Assembly: GCA_951406725.2 (NCBI GenBank)
Contig: OX597826.1
Location: 43,586,001 to 43,650,000 of the forward strand
Origin: Octopus vulgaris
Lineage: Eukaryota
Reading direction: 5' to 3'
DNA length: 64,000 bases
The notes beneath the pieces are model-generated. The model did not search any database. It saw only the letters and a list, made by a program, of their open reading frames with translations, and was not told the origin of the DNA. Below are positions 13,480 through 27,125 of this stretch, piece after piece. Positions within the stretch are counted from its first letter, which is position 1; each line of letters opens with the position of its first letter. The position numbers were made by a program, and so were the translations under genes.

Positions 13480-13760
13480 ACTTACACACACATTCCTCCT
13501 CTACCATTCTGCTGTCTTTGACAATACTACTCTCCTGTCTTTGAAAACATCTTTCTTCACCCTTTTCCTTCCGGTCTTTCAAAATGTGACCTCGTGTGTA
13601 CCGTTGGCGATTTTTTCCCCTCTGTCTTCCCTTCTCTGGATCTTTCCTTCTCCTATGTTTCCGACGAAGAGCTCCGCTCGAAACGTTTCCTGAGCGTCCA
13701 ATAATACTGTGTTTTTTAATAATGTTGTGTTTTTTTTTGTGCTTTCTTGTTTGGATTAAC
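13480..13760 (+). mobile_element. Penelope-like terminal fragment with decayed minimal hammerhead core
   Basis: CCGACGA-A-GAGC-TCC-GCTC-GAAAC-GTT at 13661-13687; core U4 changed to C. Confidence 0.5.
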
Positions 13761-13975
13761 TATATATATATATATATATATATATGGCTGTGTGTATATG
13801 TCCGTTTGTGTGTGCGTATGTATGTGTGCGCGTGTGTGCCCCTCCGTCGCTTGAGAAACGGTGTTGGTTTGGTTAGATACTGGCAACTTAGCTTTTAGGT
13901 AAAATTGACCGACAGAACAAGTACCAAACTTGAAAATAAAAACAAAGTACTGGGGTCAATATGTTCGACTAAATT

Positions 13976-14090
13976 GTATTCTGATATTGCTTTTGTGAAA
14001 CTCTCTCCTTGAAAATACCCCCACAGAGCGTTGTCGCAGGTCTTGAGGTCTGGACATTTGGTGGTGATGGTTGGGGGCATATTTGAGACC
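13976..14090 (-). mobile_element. Fragment of the same Tc1/mariner-like family as 9934-11170
   Basis: Reverse complement of ~10790-10905; translates CPDLKTCDNALWGYF. Confidence 0.8.
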
Positions 14091-14447
14091 CCTGGAAATG
14101 AATTTAATAGTTGGCAAATATTCTGCCAACTCTTTCTCAATTTCACTCTTTTGAAAGAGGGCGAGGACGTCGAGCGACTTCGAGTACTTTTGCAGCACCA
14201 CCGTCCTCTCTTCAAAGTATTTCATCCACTGTTTGGGCGGGACAATTTCCCACTCCAACACAGTGTTATTTATCTTCTTTGTCATGTTTCGTTTTTGAAA
14301 AAAGTCCACAAAAAACAAAAGCTCAAAGTTTAAAAAAACAACAAAAATACAGGAAGGAAGGAAGAAGACGAGGAACAGTTAAAAAAAAATCACAGCAATT
14401 TTTTCTGTCTGTCCTGGTACTCCTGGCTAACTTGGTAATCCTAATGG
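14091..14447 (-). mobile_element. Probable retroelement 5' region with ORF1-like start (MTKKINNTVLEWEIVPPKQW...)
   Basis: Uninterrupted protein-like frame from ATG at 14285; with 13976-14090 it interrupts a family A SINE tail that resumes at ~14448; family assignment is inference. Confidence 0.4.
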
Positions 14448-14860
14448 CAAGGTGATGCTCCAACAAGGCCGCAGTCCAATAACTTCATGCCGTAAAAGAA
14501 AATAATGTAAAATTTAATTTGTGGAACTTACTCGAACCTATAAAATCTATCGCCTTCTAAATGTTTTACTCTAGTTCTAGTTGGTCTTATCTTCTTTACA
14601 ATAGATTGTGATAACAAACGCATACATAGCAACAAAAATAAAGAAAAGAAACAACACAAAAAAGAAACAAAACCATTCTCACTCGTATATTCACAAAGGC
14701 ATAAAAACACATCTGCAAAATACACACACAGAGAAAATAAATTTACGCAAACACACCTACACGTTAAGTTCTATCTTTGCTTCTATAAACATAAAACTGT
14801 TTTCTTTTTCCGACTAATATTTTCCGAAAGAAAAATTACTTGTCTTGTATTTCTTTACAG

Positions 14861-14934
14861 ATCCGTGCGAACACAAAATTGATGACATGACAAACTCAGT
14901 TACAAGACGGGGGGAAAAGCTAATCTGCACTTAA
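14861..14934 (+). other. Candidate terminal exon start
   Basis: Strong acceptor TTGTATTTCTTTACAG|; phase-1 frame PCEHKIDDMTNSVTRRGEKLICT*; followed by UTR-like AT-rich sequence. Confidence 0.2.
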
Positions 14935-15486
14935 AACTTTTCTTCATTGATCTGAAAGTACATGGACACCCCTAATATATCTTATAAGTCTGTGTCTGTA
15001 AGAAAGAAAAAAAAAACAACAAAAAAAAAAGAAAAAGAAAAAATTGAAAAGAAAACCCAAATGTTCCGGTTTTAACGTCCAGTTTTATAATAAAAGAAAA
15101 CCATCAAGTCTTGGTACTGAAACTGATGGGAAAAGATTATCGAAGTTCGAAGACCTCATTAATCACTTGATCCTGAGTTTTATTCCTGTTGCCCTCAAAC
15201 CGAAAGAGTAAATTTTATGTATCCTTATTTGTTATTGACACAAATTATAAATTGAATTAAGCATGATGCAGACCAGTGATTCTTTGTTTAAGATTCTGAA
15301 GGGAGACACATAGTGATTGAGCAGCTTTATTGTTACAGTCTTTTAATTCTTTATTTGTAGTGAAGACTCTAAGAAGTTTGGTTGTATCTAGGGAGGACTG
15401 TAACAGGCACTTTAAACATACACACGAAATAGTTTAAGAAGTGTTATGTTAGAAAATATCTCAATTGTACAGAAATGGATGGAATT

Positions 15487-16063
15487 TCTTATTTCTTTAT
15501 TACCCACCAGGGGCTAAATATAGAGGAGACAAACAAGGACAGACAAAGGGATGAAGTCGACTACATCCACCCCATTGCGTAACTGGTACTTAATTTATCG
15601 ACTCCGAAAGGATGAAAGGAAAAGTCGGCCTCGGCGGAATTTGAACTCAGAACGTAGCGGCACACGAAATACCTATTTCTTTACTACCCACAAGGGGCTA
15701 AACACAGACAGGACAAACAAGGACAGACAAACGAATTAAGTCGACTGTATCGACACCAGTGCGTAACTGATACTTATTTAATTGACCCCGAAAGGATGAA
15801 AGGCAAAGTCGACCTTGGTGGAATTTGAACTCAGAACGTGGCGGCAGACGAAATACTTATTTCTTTACTACCCACAAGGGGCTAAACATAGAGAGGACAC
15901 ACAAGGAGAGACAAACAGATTAAGTCGATTACATCGACTCCAGTGCGTAACTGGTACCTAATTTATCGATCCCGAAAGGATGAAAGGCAAAGTCCTCTTC
16001 GGCGGAATTTGCACTCTGAACGTAGCTAAGCATTTCGCCCGGCGTGCTAACGTTTCTGCCAGT
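15487..16063 (-). mobile_element. SINE family B trimer (one partial head, three bodies)
   Basis: Three ~183-bp units with junction ACGAAATAC(C/T)TATTTCTTTACTACCCACAAGGGG. Confidence 0.9.
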
Positions 16064-16247
16064 TCCGATAAATCCTACTATTTCTGTTAAAAATCTATTG
16101 TTTAGTAAGTATTTTAAGTAATTTAGTCTACTAAATGTTCTGAACAATTTACCAGTAATTATATACGACAGGGAAAAATAGTTTACAAAGAGGAAGTGAG
16201 TTGGACACATACAAAAAAAAAAAGGATAATAATAATAATAATAAAAT

Positions 16248-16426
16248 AAAGCGGGTGGATGCAAAATAATCTATGATTGTGTTACTGTCTTCTGTTTACT
16301 CTCTTCTTTCATACGGGTGGATCTACGTTTTCTATAGTTTCTTCTATTGTCATTTTTCCTTCTTTATTTCAATGCGGTTATTCATTGTATTAACCTAGAA
16401 AAATAATGCACAGATAAATCGTGACA
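16248..16426 (+). repeat. ~180-bp local direct duplication, copy 2
   Basis: Matches 11677-11871, lacking one short internal duplication. Confidence 0.9.
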
Positions 16427-17780
16427 TAGGAAAACACTCCTCGAAAGAAAACTGTTATTAAATCAAACGACGAGAGCGATATCAAGAAGACACTATACAC
16501 TCGCTGCTGTGTGTATACATTTTTATGCATTTTATTTTTATTAGGCAAAAATATATATTTATCTATTACTGTTTTTATTTTTTAGTTTTATCGCTGACAG
16601 TTTATTCTTTTTGTTTGGTTTATGATCTGTCTCTCCGGTTCCGACACCTTTCAAATTTGACGTTTTGCAGCTCGAGATATTTTTATGAGTTGTTAGCTCC
16701 TTCCTTTGAAAGGATTACTATTCATTTCCAACCTGTTGTGCTATGGTTTATTTATAATCTACAACGAAAACCTAAAGTAGATGCTTACACTGCCGAACAA
16801 TTGACAACAAATAACAATGAAGGCTTACTGCTGTTGTTTTAATAATAATAACAAAATACGAAACAAGTGTTTCAAATACAGTGATACACAAATTTAGTAA
16901 ATAAATAATTCAGTCTAAAATTATGATTTTTAATAGGTGCATAGATAGAGATCTGTGGTTAACAAGTTCGCTTCAACACCCAATGGCTTTGAGTTCATTC
17001 TTTTTGCGCAGCATCTTGGGTAAACATCTTAAAGTATAGTCTGAGGCCAACCAATTACTGGTCGTTGAATTTGATAAACGGCGTCGATTCGTAAAAGTGA
17101 ACCCTCCTCTTCATGATCGCAGTCCAGTGACCGAAACAAGTGAAAACGTATACTGCATTCTTCTAATGTATTATAATTTTAAATATGATAAATGCTAGTT
17201 CACCGTCGAGGAAAATTTATTCAAATCTGCACAGGATTTAGTGATTCATCCATCATCCCTATTATTAATGTCCACTCCCTATGTCTTTTTTTTGCATTCA
17301 TAAGATACTTCAACGACGAACAGGTGCTAACTTTAAAGAAAGAATCAGGTCTGTATGATACCTAGGGTAATTCCCCCGCTATACAGACGTTCATTTGTTG
17401 ATGATAAAAGAACAAAAAGCTCAACCTGAATAGTAAACTTTTATAGACTCCCAAAGGTTTTCAACCACTTCACCATGCCCAGCTGTTTTTTAATATCGTA
17501 TATCTCCCTTCTTACTACTTGTGTTGATATCCAGTATTTATGAGCCTGCCATTCTATTCCCTCTTTCTGCTAGATAATGTTCCTTATCCGAATCAGCATT
17601 AGTCACTTGGCCTTTTATACATGTCAATTATTATTCTTTTAATTATTTCGCCCGTTGGACTTCGGCCATATTGGGGCACTGCTTTGAAGATTCTGGTCGA
17701 ACAAATCAAATCCAGAACTTCTCTTTCTTTAAATTCGAGTATTTTTCCTATCTCCGTAACATAGCTGAACCACTATGTTA

Positions 17781-18040
17781 AATAATAAATAAATGCGCCC
17801 TTTTAAAGCCTAGCCAGGCTCATGGGCCCGGTTTCCCGTTTTCAATGGCGTATGTGTTCCCCAGCGGGACGGGACGCCAGTCCATCGCAGCGTTACTCAT
17901 TTTTGCCAGCTGAGTGGACTGGAGCAACGTGAAATGATGTGTTTTGTTCAAGAACACAACGCGTCGCCCAATCCAGGAATCGAAACCACAATCTTACGAT
18001 CATGATGCTGACACCCTAACCACTAAGCCACGCGCCTTCA
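17781..18040 (-). mobile_element. SINE family C, full length, nested in an old family A copy
   Basis: tRNA head with A box TGGCTTAGTGG and B box GGTTTCGATTCC; TSD CTGAACC(A/G)CTATGTTA at 17765-17780 and 18041-18056. Confidence 0.9.
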
Positions 18041-18328
18041 CTGAACCGCTATGTTACGGAGACATAAACAAACCAAGTTCAACTGACAAGAAACACAAAC
18101 ACACACATACCCGTGCGCATATATATACAAATACACATATACCACAAGTTTCCACACAGTTTCCGTCTATCAAACTCAACCACAATAAATTGGTCAGTCC
18201 GGAGCTATAGTGATAAACACCTGCTCAAGTTTCCAATCATATGGTTGCGAAGTGAACTTTTTACCCACGCAGTTGTTCTCGTATATGATTTTCAATTCAT
18301 GATAAATAATAACAAAAAAAAAAAGGAA

Positions 18329-18747
18329 AGAAGTGGCTGTGTGGTAAGTAGCTGGCTTACGAACCACATGGTTCCGGGTTCAGTCCCACTGCGTGGCACC
18401 TTGGGCAAGTGCATTCTACTATAGCCTCGGGCTGAGCAAAGCCTTTTGAGTAGATTTGGTAGGCGGAAACTGAAAGAAGCCCGTCGTATATATCTATATA
18501 TATATATATAAATATATATATATATATGTGTGTGTGTGTGTATGTTTGTGTGTCTGTGTTTGTCCCGCCAACATCGCTTGACGACTGATGCTGGTGTGTT
18601 TACGTCCCCGTAAATTAGCGGTTCGGCAAAAGACACCGATAGAATAAGTACTAGGCATACAAAGAATAAGTCCTGGGGTCAATGTGTTCGACTAAAGGTG
18701 GTGATCCAGGATGGCCACAGTCAAATGACTGAAACAAGTAAAAGAGT
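18329..18747 (+). mobile_element. SINE family A, full length
   Basis: GTGGCTGTGTGGTAAGTAGC...GGTTCAGTCCCACTGCGTGGCACCTTGGGCAAGT...GACTGAAACAAGTAAAAGAG. Confidence 0.92.
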
Positions 18748-19777
18748 ATAGCTCTTTTCAGTTTAGCTGCACTTGTGGAAATTCTGAAGTTTAGTGACAT
18801 TTTTTAAAATTTGGTATATGATGTAATTTTGCACCCTGAACCTAAGCGGGTATTTAACATTTTCTAGAATTCTTTTAAAAAAAGTTACAGAGGTTTGAAG
18901 TCTAATAATTTTTGCCGAGTCAGAGAACAGGATTTCGAAGCTGTAATTTTGTGCGTGGCAGCAGATGTTGTCAACTGTAAACAAATGAAATACTAGCGGA
19001 ATTCCGTTTTACGAACGACATATAACCCCTCATAAATGATTTTATCTTTTGGGACTTTTAGAAAATTTTTACGAATTTGTATTCTACATATGGGAATTCA
19101 TACGATTGTGCAAAAACCAAAAAAAAAAAAAAAAAATTAGCTGTTATTTTTAGCACACCTCACGATCAACTCATACCTCGTGTTTTAAGCATTTAATAAG
19201 CGAAAAATGGCCACGTGGATTGACAGTACCACAACAGACGGATAAGGAGCTTAGTAACAGTTTGGTTTGTTACCGTGGAAACAGGCACCTATACGTCTGG
19301 TTTTCGATTGGCTAAAATTACCCAAATTTTGCACACTTTAAGAGCCATTAACTCATTATTGATTTATAGCGAAAATGAATTTCATATCAATAATTACCAT
19401 ACAAAACTACACCAAAAGACCCAATATGAAATCGATTGGAACAGAAATTAAAGAAACTCAAAAGTGGCAACCAAAACAGAAAAGATCTAAAAGCACTAAT
19501 TTAATGTATGGGATTCATTGTACAATTCAATTGGTGACTATTTCGATGTTAAGCAGGGACAGTATCTCCTACCGTTCCTGTTCATGTGACCAGACACGAA
19601 GGTGTTAAACGCACATATTAAAAGACAGTTCAATCCAGAATACTAATCCCGTTTTGCTACTGACAAACACAGAGCAGAGCAGAACATTACTGAAGGTGAA
19701 CATCAGTATCATCCGTTTTAGAGAAGTCTGGGAAAACACCAAAAGTTTTGGGATCTTTTATTCTTTCGAATTGTTTG

Positions 19778-19953
<176 letters not shown>

Positions 19954-20524
19954 TTATGCAAATATATACATATGTGTGTGTGGTGTGTGCAAATACCAGT
20001 ATATCAAATAACCTTCAACAAAAGTTCTCGATTTATGAAGAATTATCTTCACTTATAGATGATGTATCATAATTACCAAGAGACCACCTCTACTTGAGAA
20101 GAGACAATAATCTCAAGATCGAAGATTCTCCAAAACTGACATACCATTAAAGAAAAGGACAGATTTATTGTTTTGAAATAAGAAGACAGTCGTGGACAAG
20201 TTTTTTTTCTGCTTCAATAGCTTTCAAGCAGTATCCGACAACTGTCCGACCTTATCTCCAAGAGCCAAGCAACTTATACAAAAGTTATACAAAACAGAGT
20301 AGAAAGCAGTAATGGCCTAGGTATATATATGTATAACTAAGTGAATGAATTTCATCTAGCTGTATTTCTCTCACTATAAAATCGTCTGAAAGAGATAGGG
20401 GGTCTGTTTTTATGACACAAGATAAATGGTTAAAAAAGCAAACAAACAATAACATGGTATTTCCACCGCCTTTTTCAAATGATTAGTCCTTATCGTAATC
20501 CAATGTAACAAATATTCATTAAAT

Positions 20525-20845
20525 CAGGGGTTCTTAACCGGGCTCCATATAATCGTCGGGGGTCTATATGGCCTTTGGGGGTCCATATAATCGTTGGGAG
20601 TGTATATTGGCTTTTGGGGGTTCATATGACCTTTTGGCGGTGGGTCCATATAAGATTTTGTTGTTAAAATTTATCTGCAATAAGTTGCTTACACTTCTAC
20701 AATACGGGAAATATTTTCACCTTTTTTAATACAATTCCTAAGAATACAGTAGGATGCTTTTTATAAACATCGAATGGCGATGGCGGTCCACTAGAATATA
20801 GAGAAATAAAAAGGGTCTTTAGGCAAAAATGACCGAGAAACACTG
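20525..20845. mobile_element. hAT-type MITE with internal ~20-bp tandem GGGGTCCATAT-like repeats
   Basis: Ends CAGGGGTTCTTAACC ... GACCGAGAAACACTG (degenerate TIR); no TSD visible. Confidence 0.65.
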
Positions 20846-20856
20846 CTTTGTTCAAT

Positions 20857-21235
20857 TACTCTTTTACTTGTTTCAGTCATTTGACTGTGGCCGTGCTGGA
20901 GCACCGCCTTTTGTCGAGCAAATCTACTCCAGGACTTATTCTTTGTAAGCCTAATACTTATTCTATCGGGTCTCTTTTTGCCGAACGGTTCGGTTACGGG
21001 GACGTAAACACACCAGCATCGGTTGTCAAGCTATGTTGGGGGAACAAACACAGACACACAAACATATACACTCGCATACATATATATACATACATATATA
21101 TTCGACGGGCTTCTTTCAGTTTCCGTCTACCAAATCCTATCACAAGGCTTTGGTCGGCCCGAGACTATAGTAGAAGACACTTGCCCAAGGTGCCACGCAG
21201 TGGGACTGAACCCGGAACCATGTGGTTCGTAAGCA
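20857..21235 (-). mobile_element. SINE family A, slightly 5' truncated
   Basis: Reverse complement of family A consensus. Confidence 0.9.
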
Positions 21236-21781
21236 AAGAAATTGTTAAATAATATCTATTTATAATAGTAAACCACTCTGTGCCCAGTGATATGACCTAG
21301 AAAATGAAGAAATGTAACTTACCAAGTTATTTGGAATAAAATCTTGTTTTTAGCTTCCTATGACTTGCTTTTCAAAATGAATTCTTTGAAAACTTGTGAT
21401 ATCTTTCCATATAACGATAAAGCTCCAAAGAGTAAAATTGGTTTTGCAGTTAGTCAGAAAAAAAATATGTCAATAGTTTATGTTAGATCCTCATAAAACG
21501 GAATTTGGCAATTTACCGAAGAAATATTTAAACAAACATGAAACATGGTATTTTAAAGAAACAGGAAATTGGAAATTGTAACATTTATACCTTTTCCAAA
21601 GTCATAAACAAGAATAAAAGAAGTTGATTTCAATAAGAATCGAGCAGGATTGCAGACTCAGTTAACTGAGTTTATTTGTGAATTATGGTGCTTGCTATTG
21701 TTGGCAAAAATAATTGCTTTTATTTAGGCATGCGGAAATCGTTTCGTTCACACCATTTCCAAAGACAATATTAAAAGTAAA

Positions 21782-21974
21782 TAAGGTGGCTAGCTGGCAG
21801 AATCGGTAGCACGCCTAGCGAAATGCTTGGGGTACTCAGTCCAAATTCCGCTGAGGTTGACTTTGCCTTTCAGCCCTCGGAGTTCGATAAAATAAGTACC
21901 AGTTATACGCTGGGGCTGATGTAATCGACTTGCTCCCCGTCTTCGAAATTGCTGGCTCTGTGCCAAAATTTGAA
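21782..21974 (+). mobile_element. SINE family B variant with 17-bp TSD
   Basis: ACAATATTAAAAGTAAA at 21765-21781 and 21975-21991. Confidence 0.88.
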
Positions 21975-21997
21975 ACAATATTAAAAGTAAAGGATAT

Positions 21998-22200
21998 TCT
22001 TTTACTTGTTTCTGTCATTTTGACAGCGGCCATGCTGGAGCACCGCTTTAAAGAGATTTAGTCGAACAGGACATCTTTTAAAGCCTAGTAGTTATTCTAT
22101 CGGTCTGTTTTGCCGAACCGATAATTTAAGGGGAGGTAAACACAGCAGCACCGGTTGACAAGCGGTGATGGGGGAACAAACTCAGACACACACACACACA
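21998..22200 (-). mobile_element. SINE family A 3' half
   Basis: CTTTTACTTGTTTCTGTCATTT...GCCATGCTGGAGCACCGC...GCCGAACCG. Confidence 0.8.
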
Positions 22201-22414
22201 AACAAATATGTATATATAGTAAGAAATTTATCTATAATAATTATTGTGGCAGTTTATATATCTGCTTCTATTTGCTAATTTGGTTATATTTTGTTAATTT
22301 ATACTGCATACGAAAATAAAGACATACTACATACATACAGTGCTTACAAAAATAGAGATTAATGTATAGTTTTTTCTATGTTAAGGATTTTTTGTTTACA
22401 GTATTGAAAATCAT

Positions 22415-22647
22415 ATGCCACCAAAGAAAAGAGACGTAATCTCTCCAGAAACACGTATAAAGCAAGGAGGATTATAGAAAACCCAAGACGAGAGTCTCAA
22501 GAGGGAAGTGAGATGAGACTTTCACAAGATCAGCAAACGCATGCTGCAGCGCGTTAGCTGGAGTTTCAAGAGAGAAGGGACATGAGACTTTCCCATGATC
22601 AACAACCACATGCTACAGCCCATCAAATAGAGTCTCGACAGAAGTGA
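22415..22647 (+). pseudogene. Helitron RepHel-like N-terminal relic with 69-bp (23-aa) STPR-like repeats
   Basis: MPPKK/RRNLSRNTYKARR...ESQEGSEMRLSQDQQTHAAAR*L EFQERRDMRLSHDQQPHATAHQI ESRQK*; repeat starts at 22492, 22561 and 22630; one frameshift and stops. Confidence 0.65.
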
Positions 22648-22822
22648 AATGATATTCTCGATTTGCTTGCCTAAAAAAAATGAAAAAAAAAATCCTTCGA
22701 GGTGGTGCTGCAGTATGACCGTAATCAAATGACTGAAACAAATATAAGAATAAAAGAATAAAAGAATAAAAGATCCACATTGGAGAAGCAATAACGCACG
22801 CACACACACGCACACACACGCG

Positions 22823-22878
<56 letters not shown>

Positions 22879-23033
22879 TACAACAACACATACACGCGTG
22901 AATGCACAAAAATACCTACTTAAAATGAGCTCTACATTTTCAAGTAAAGCATTCAATAATATATGGTAGTAATATATACTAATAACATATTGTAGAGTGC
23001 ATTATATATGTATATATATAACAATGTAAGGTT

Positions 23034-23260
23034 GGGAAAGAATCTGAAAGTCCAGGAGTCTTTAAAAAAAATTTAAAAACTTAACCGGTTACTCTTATTT
23101 GAAAAGATTTTCAAAAGTAAAGCATGAGGCTTTGTGTATCCTCCACCACAGAGGATATATAAAACCTTATACTTTACATTTGAAAATCTTTTTGAATAAG
23201 TGAAACCGGTTAAGTTAATAAATTCCTTTAAAAATCTCCTGCATCTTCAGAGTCTTTTTC
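23034..23260. repeat. Long imperfect inverted repeat (foldback)
   Basis: Core arms 23078-23143 and 23151-23216 with a 7-nt loop; weaker pairing for ~40 bp further out. Confidence 0.9.
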
Positions 23261-24851
23261 TTATGCACACACTCACACACTTATATATATTATATAAATA
23301 TGTATATATATGCGTATACGTATGAGTTTATACATATATGTGTATATAATACGCACACATACATCTATGTGCTAATATCACTATTATTATATGAAAATTG
23401 TTCATAGCCCTCTCTTATAAACTGAAGTTTCATAGCTAAGGCCAGCGAATATAGGTGACGGGGCAACAAATGCGACCTCAGTATTACGGAAAAATTAAAT
23501 ATAACATCAACAATGAAGTTTTCTAAAGATTAGAGATGAAACCTTCTCCCCTGGAATGCACAAGAAACAATTCATACTTCGAAATTTCAAGCATGCCCCT
23601 CTTCCTCATTCCACGCTTGGTAAGTGTTTTGGATATCGATTATATGAACATTATGTACATTATACGTTTATGTGCATTAAACATCAAAGACATATACTCC
23701 CTTGAAAATATGCTGGATTCCCCAACTACGCAGGTTTATATGCATAACACATATTCATGCCATCACGTAATTCAGAGGAAGCGCATACGTATGTGACCTC
23801 ATGAACTTACACCCCTATGGACTAAGTTTGGAGTCAAAAATCTATGAAGCTCCACAAATAATTACATGCCTATACTCAAGCATTGATTACTTTTATGAAT
23901 GTTAACTTTAACTATATTCATAAATGATCATTATAATAAAGCATTTGTCAAGTAAGAACTAGGTATCCATGGTGCCGACAAGTTCTCGCCTCTTGAAATC
24001 GATAGGCCTGTGAACAAAACGCATGTTGTGCGTGTGCGCATGTTTGTGTGTGTAAGAGTATGTGTGTGTATGGGTATGTGTGTGTATGTATTATTATATT
24101 TTTATTTGTTTTCTTATATGTGGATGCATGTATACGTATATGTATATATATTTATAAATATGGTCGTGCACGTGCTTTCTCGCATACGATAATTAAAAAA
24201 ATTAATTAATCTATGGTTAACGCAATTTCTTCCACAAATCCAGAGCTAATGCAAGGGAAATAGCAATCAAAATATTTCAATAAATTACCTCCTTAAACTG
24301 TGTGATTATTACGAAATCCCGTTCGATCTTGTGTAACCATGTGTATTCCTAACCAAAATGGAGAAGAGTACCAGTACTTCCATGTGGCACACTTGAACAA
24401 TTGTGAAGATCCTTTCACATGAAACCATTGGTTGCCTTGTTACCCATAACTAGACCGCAGCCATATGACTGAAACGCCTAAAGCAAAGATGTCCTCGATT
24501 TTTCTTAGTGCTGCCAGCCTGGTGAGTTGTATCAGTTTTGGCTCGCTTCTCGAGAAAGGTTGCCCATGCCTCACACACAAACACACATACACACACACAC
24601 ACATACATGTATGTATTTGTGTATGTATGTACCAATGTATGTCAACATTTGATCGTCTACACTTGATATAATAAACAACATAACTATATACTCTATCCAG
24701 CGCATTGGGTTCAACATACATCAGATAATGTTAGTAATACATAATATATGTTGCTGATAATTTTTATTACTCTCGCATTACGAAACACACACACACACAT
24801 ATATATATATATATGTACATATATATATATGTATATGTTTGTATATATGTT

Positions 24852-24904
<53 letters not shown>

Positions 24905-25029
24905 AGTGTGTGTGTGTGTCTGTGTGTGTATGCATATATAAGCATATATATGTACATAAATGCATATCTATCACGTAAACACATGTTTGCGTGTGTATGA
25001 ATGCATCTGATTTTATCTATGTATCTATG

Positions 25030-25078
<49 letters not shown>

Positions 25079-25104
25079 CTCATTCTCTCTCTCTCTCTCT
25101 CTCT

Positions 25105-25160
<56 letters not shown>

Positions 25161-25503
25161 CTAGGCGTTAGCAGGAGAAATATAATGTAGCACATTTATT
25201 TGAAACATGTCTTACCATCGAGGATAATCCGGATTGTGTTATTTCAACCATCGCTACTAACTGTTAGATGTACCGAGTGGCCGAGCATTTTTAGTAAGGA
25301 AGGCTTTTTTCTTTTTTAGACGGGTTTGTTTGTTCTTTCGTTGTCTACGTGACAGTGAACAGTAGATTTGCCATTGGAAAACTAGAAGTAAAATATATCT
25401 GACTGTGCTCCGAAAATAAATACCTCAGACGAGGTGACTGAATAAGATTGCTTTATTGGGTATGGAACAATAGGTTGCTAGGGTAACCACCGTGTGTCGA
25501 ATG

Positions 25504-25534
<31 letters not shown>

Positions 25535-25723
25535 TGCGTAAAGATATACATACGCAGTGTATATACATACAAACACAGCATGCTTAGACATAGATATGTA
25601 CACAAACAAGAAAAGCCATGGGTGTAGAAGAGGGCTTTTACACTTACGATTATGCATACCCATACATAAACACACAGATGTGCGTGTATATATGTATGTG
25701 TACATACATACCTACACAAACAC

Positions 25724-25789
<66 letters not shown>

Positions 25790-26004
25790 TTACACATGGA
25801 TATATATGTTTATTTCCGCCATACGTAGATCTCACTATGTATGGTTATGATATGTGTATGTATGTAAGCATATATATATATACATATATATATATACATA
25901 CATATATATATATATATATATGTATGTATATATTTACACACACAGGGAGAGACTGAGAGACAGAGAGAAAGAAAAATGAAACACATTTCTACTCTTAAAG
26001 GTAA

Positions 26005-26057
<53 letters not shown>

Positions 26058-26549
26058 GCACATGCATCTACACGTATATTAACAAACAGACATTGACATC
26101 AATACAAATAATGGTACACATACATACATACATTCACGTACGCATATCAAATTTCTAACGGCAACCTAAGGCCAACACTTTAGTAGTGGAAAGGTATTTC
26201 TGATTAATTCGCCCCAATAATATCACACAATGTGATCGACTCCTTTGCAGTATTAACGACGGTGATCGTTTTCTGTTTGGCTGTCACTCGTAATCAGGTA
26301 CGACTCGGTCACAGAATACGGCTTTCTTTTCTTCCCTTTTCTTTTCTAGTGCAGCCGGGAGACGTTCAACAATAAACTTTTTGCTTTTTTCATGGGTTTG
26401 TAGACCTTAAGATACTGACTGATACAGTCCTGGTTTGTAGATATCACAGAATACTGTTGGCAGTCTTGATGTATTGGATCTTGTTGTAGCCTTCTCTCTC
26501 TTTCTCCCTCTCTCTCCCTCTCTCTATGTTTCGTATCGTTTCACTCAGG

Positions 26550-26734
26550 TAGTAGTAATAGTAGTAGTAGTAGTAGTAGTAGTACTAGTAATATTAGTAG
26601 TAGTAGTAGTAGTAGCAGTAGTAGTGGTAGTAGTAGTAGTGGTGGTAGTAGTAGTAGTAATAGCTGTAGTAGTACTAGTAATATTAGTAGTAGTAGTAGC
26701 AGCAGCAGTAGTAGTGATGATAGTAGTAGTAGTA

Positions 26735-26793
<59 letters not shown>

Positions 26794-27075
26794 TGTAGCA
26801 GTAGTAGTAGTATTATGATGATGAAGAGGATGATGTTGATGAGGAGGATTATGATGATTTTGATGCTGATGTTGATGATGGTAGTGCTGATGTTGAAGAT
26901 GGTAGCGGTGGTGGTGGTGATGATGATGATGATGATGACAGCGATGATGACGGCGATGATATTGATGATGATGACGACAACGAAGACGACGCTGATATTG
27001 ACAGTCATGACGAAGATGATGATGATGATGATGATGTTGTTGGTAATAGTCGTTGTAGTGGTGGTGGTGATGATA

Positions 27076-27117
<42 letters not shown>

Positions 27118-27125
27118 GGGATGGT
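26550..27125. repeat. Compound trinucleotide array (GTA)n followed by (GAT)n
   Basis: Direct reading; source of the poly-V, poly-M and poly-L ORFs. Confidence 0.95.

Noticed and set aside
18993-19480. Second minus-strand Helitron end (CTAG plus weak hairpin)
   Set aside because: Hairpin is only ~4 bp and no 5' TC terminus could be placed
23529-23619. Plus-strand exon ending TTG|GTAAGT
   Set aside because: Good donor but weak acceptor and no recognisable peptide
26412-26468. miR-2-family seed (TATCACAG) in a weak hairpin
   Set aside because: Only the seed matches; the stem has large asymmetric loops and the 3' sequence is unlike miR-2
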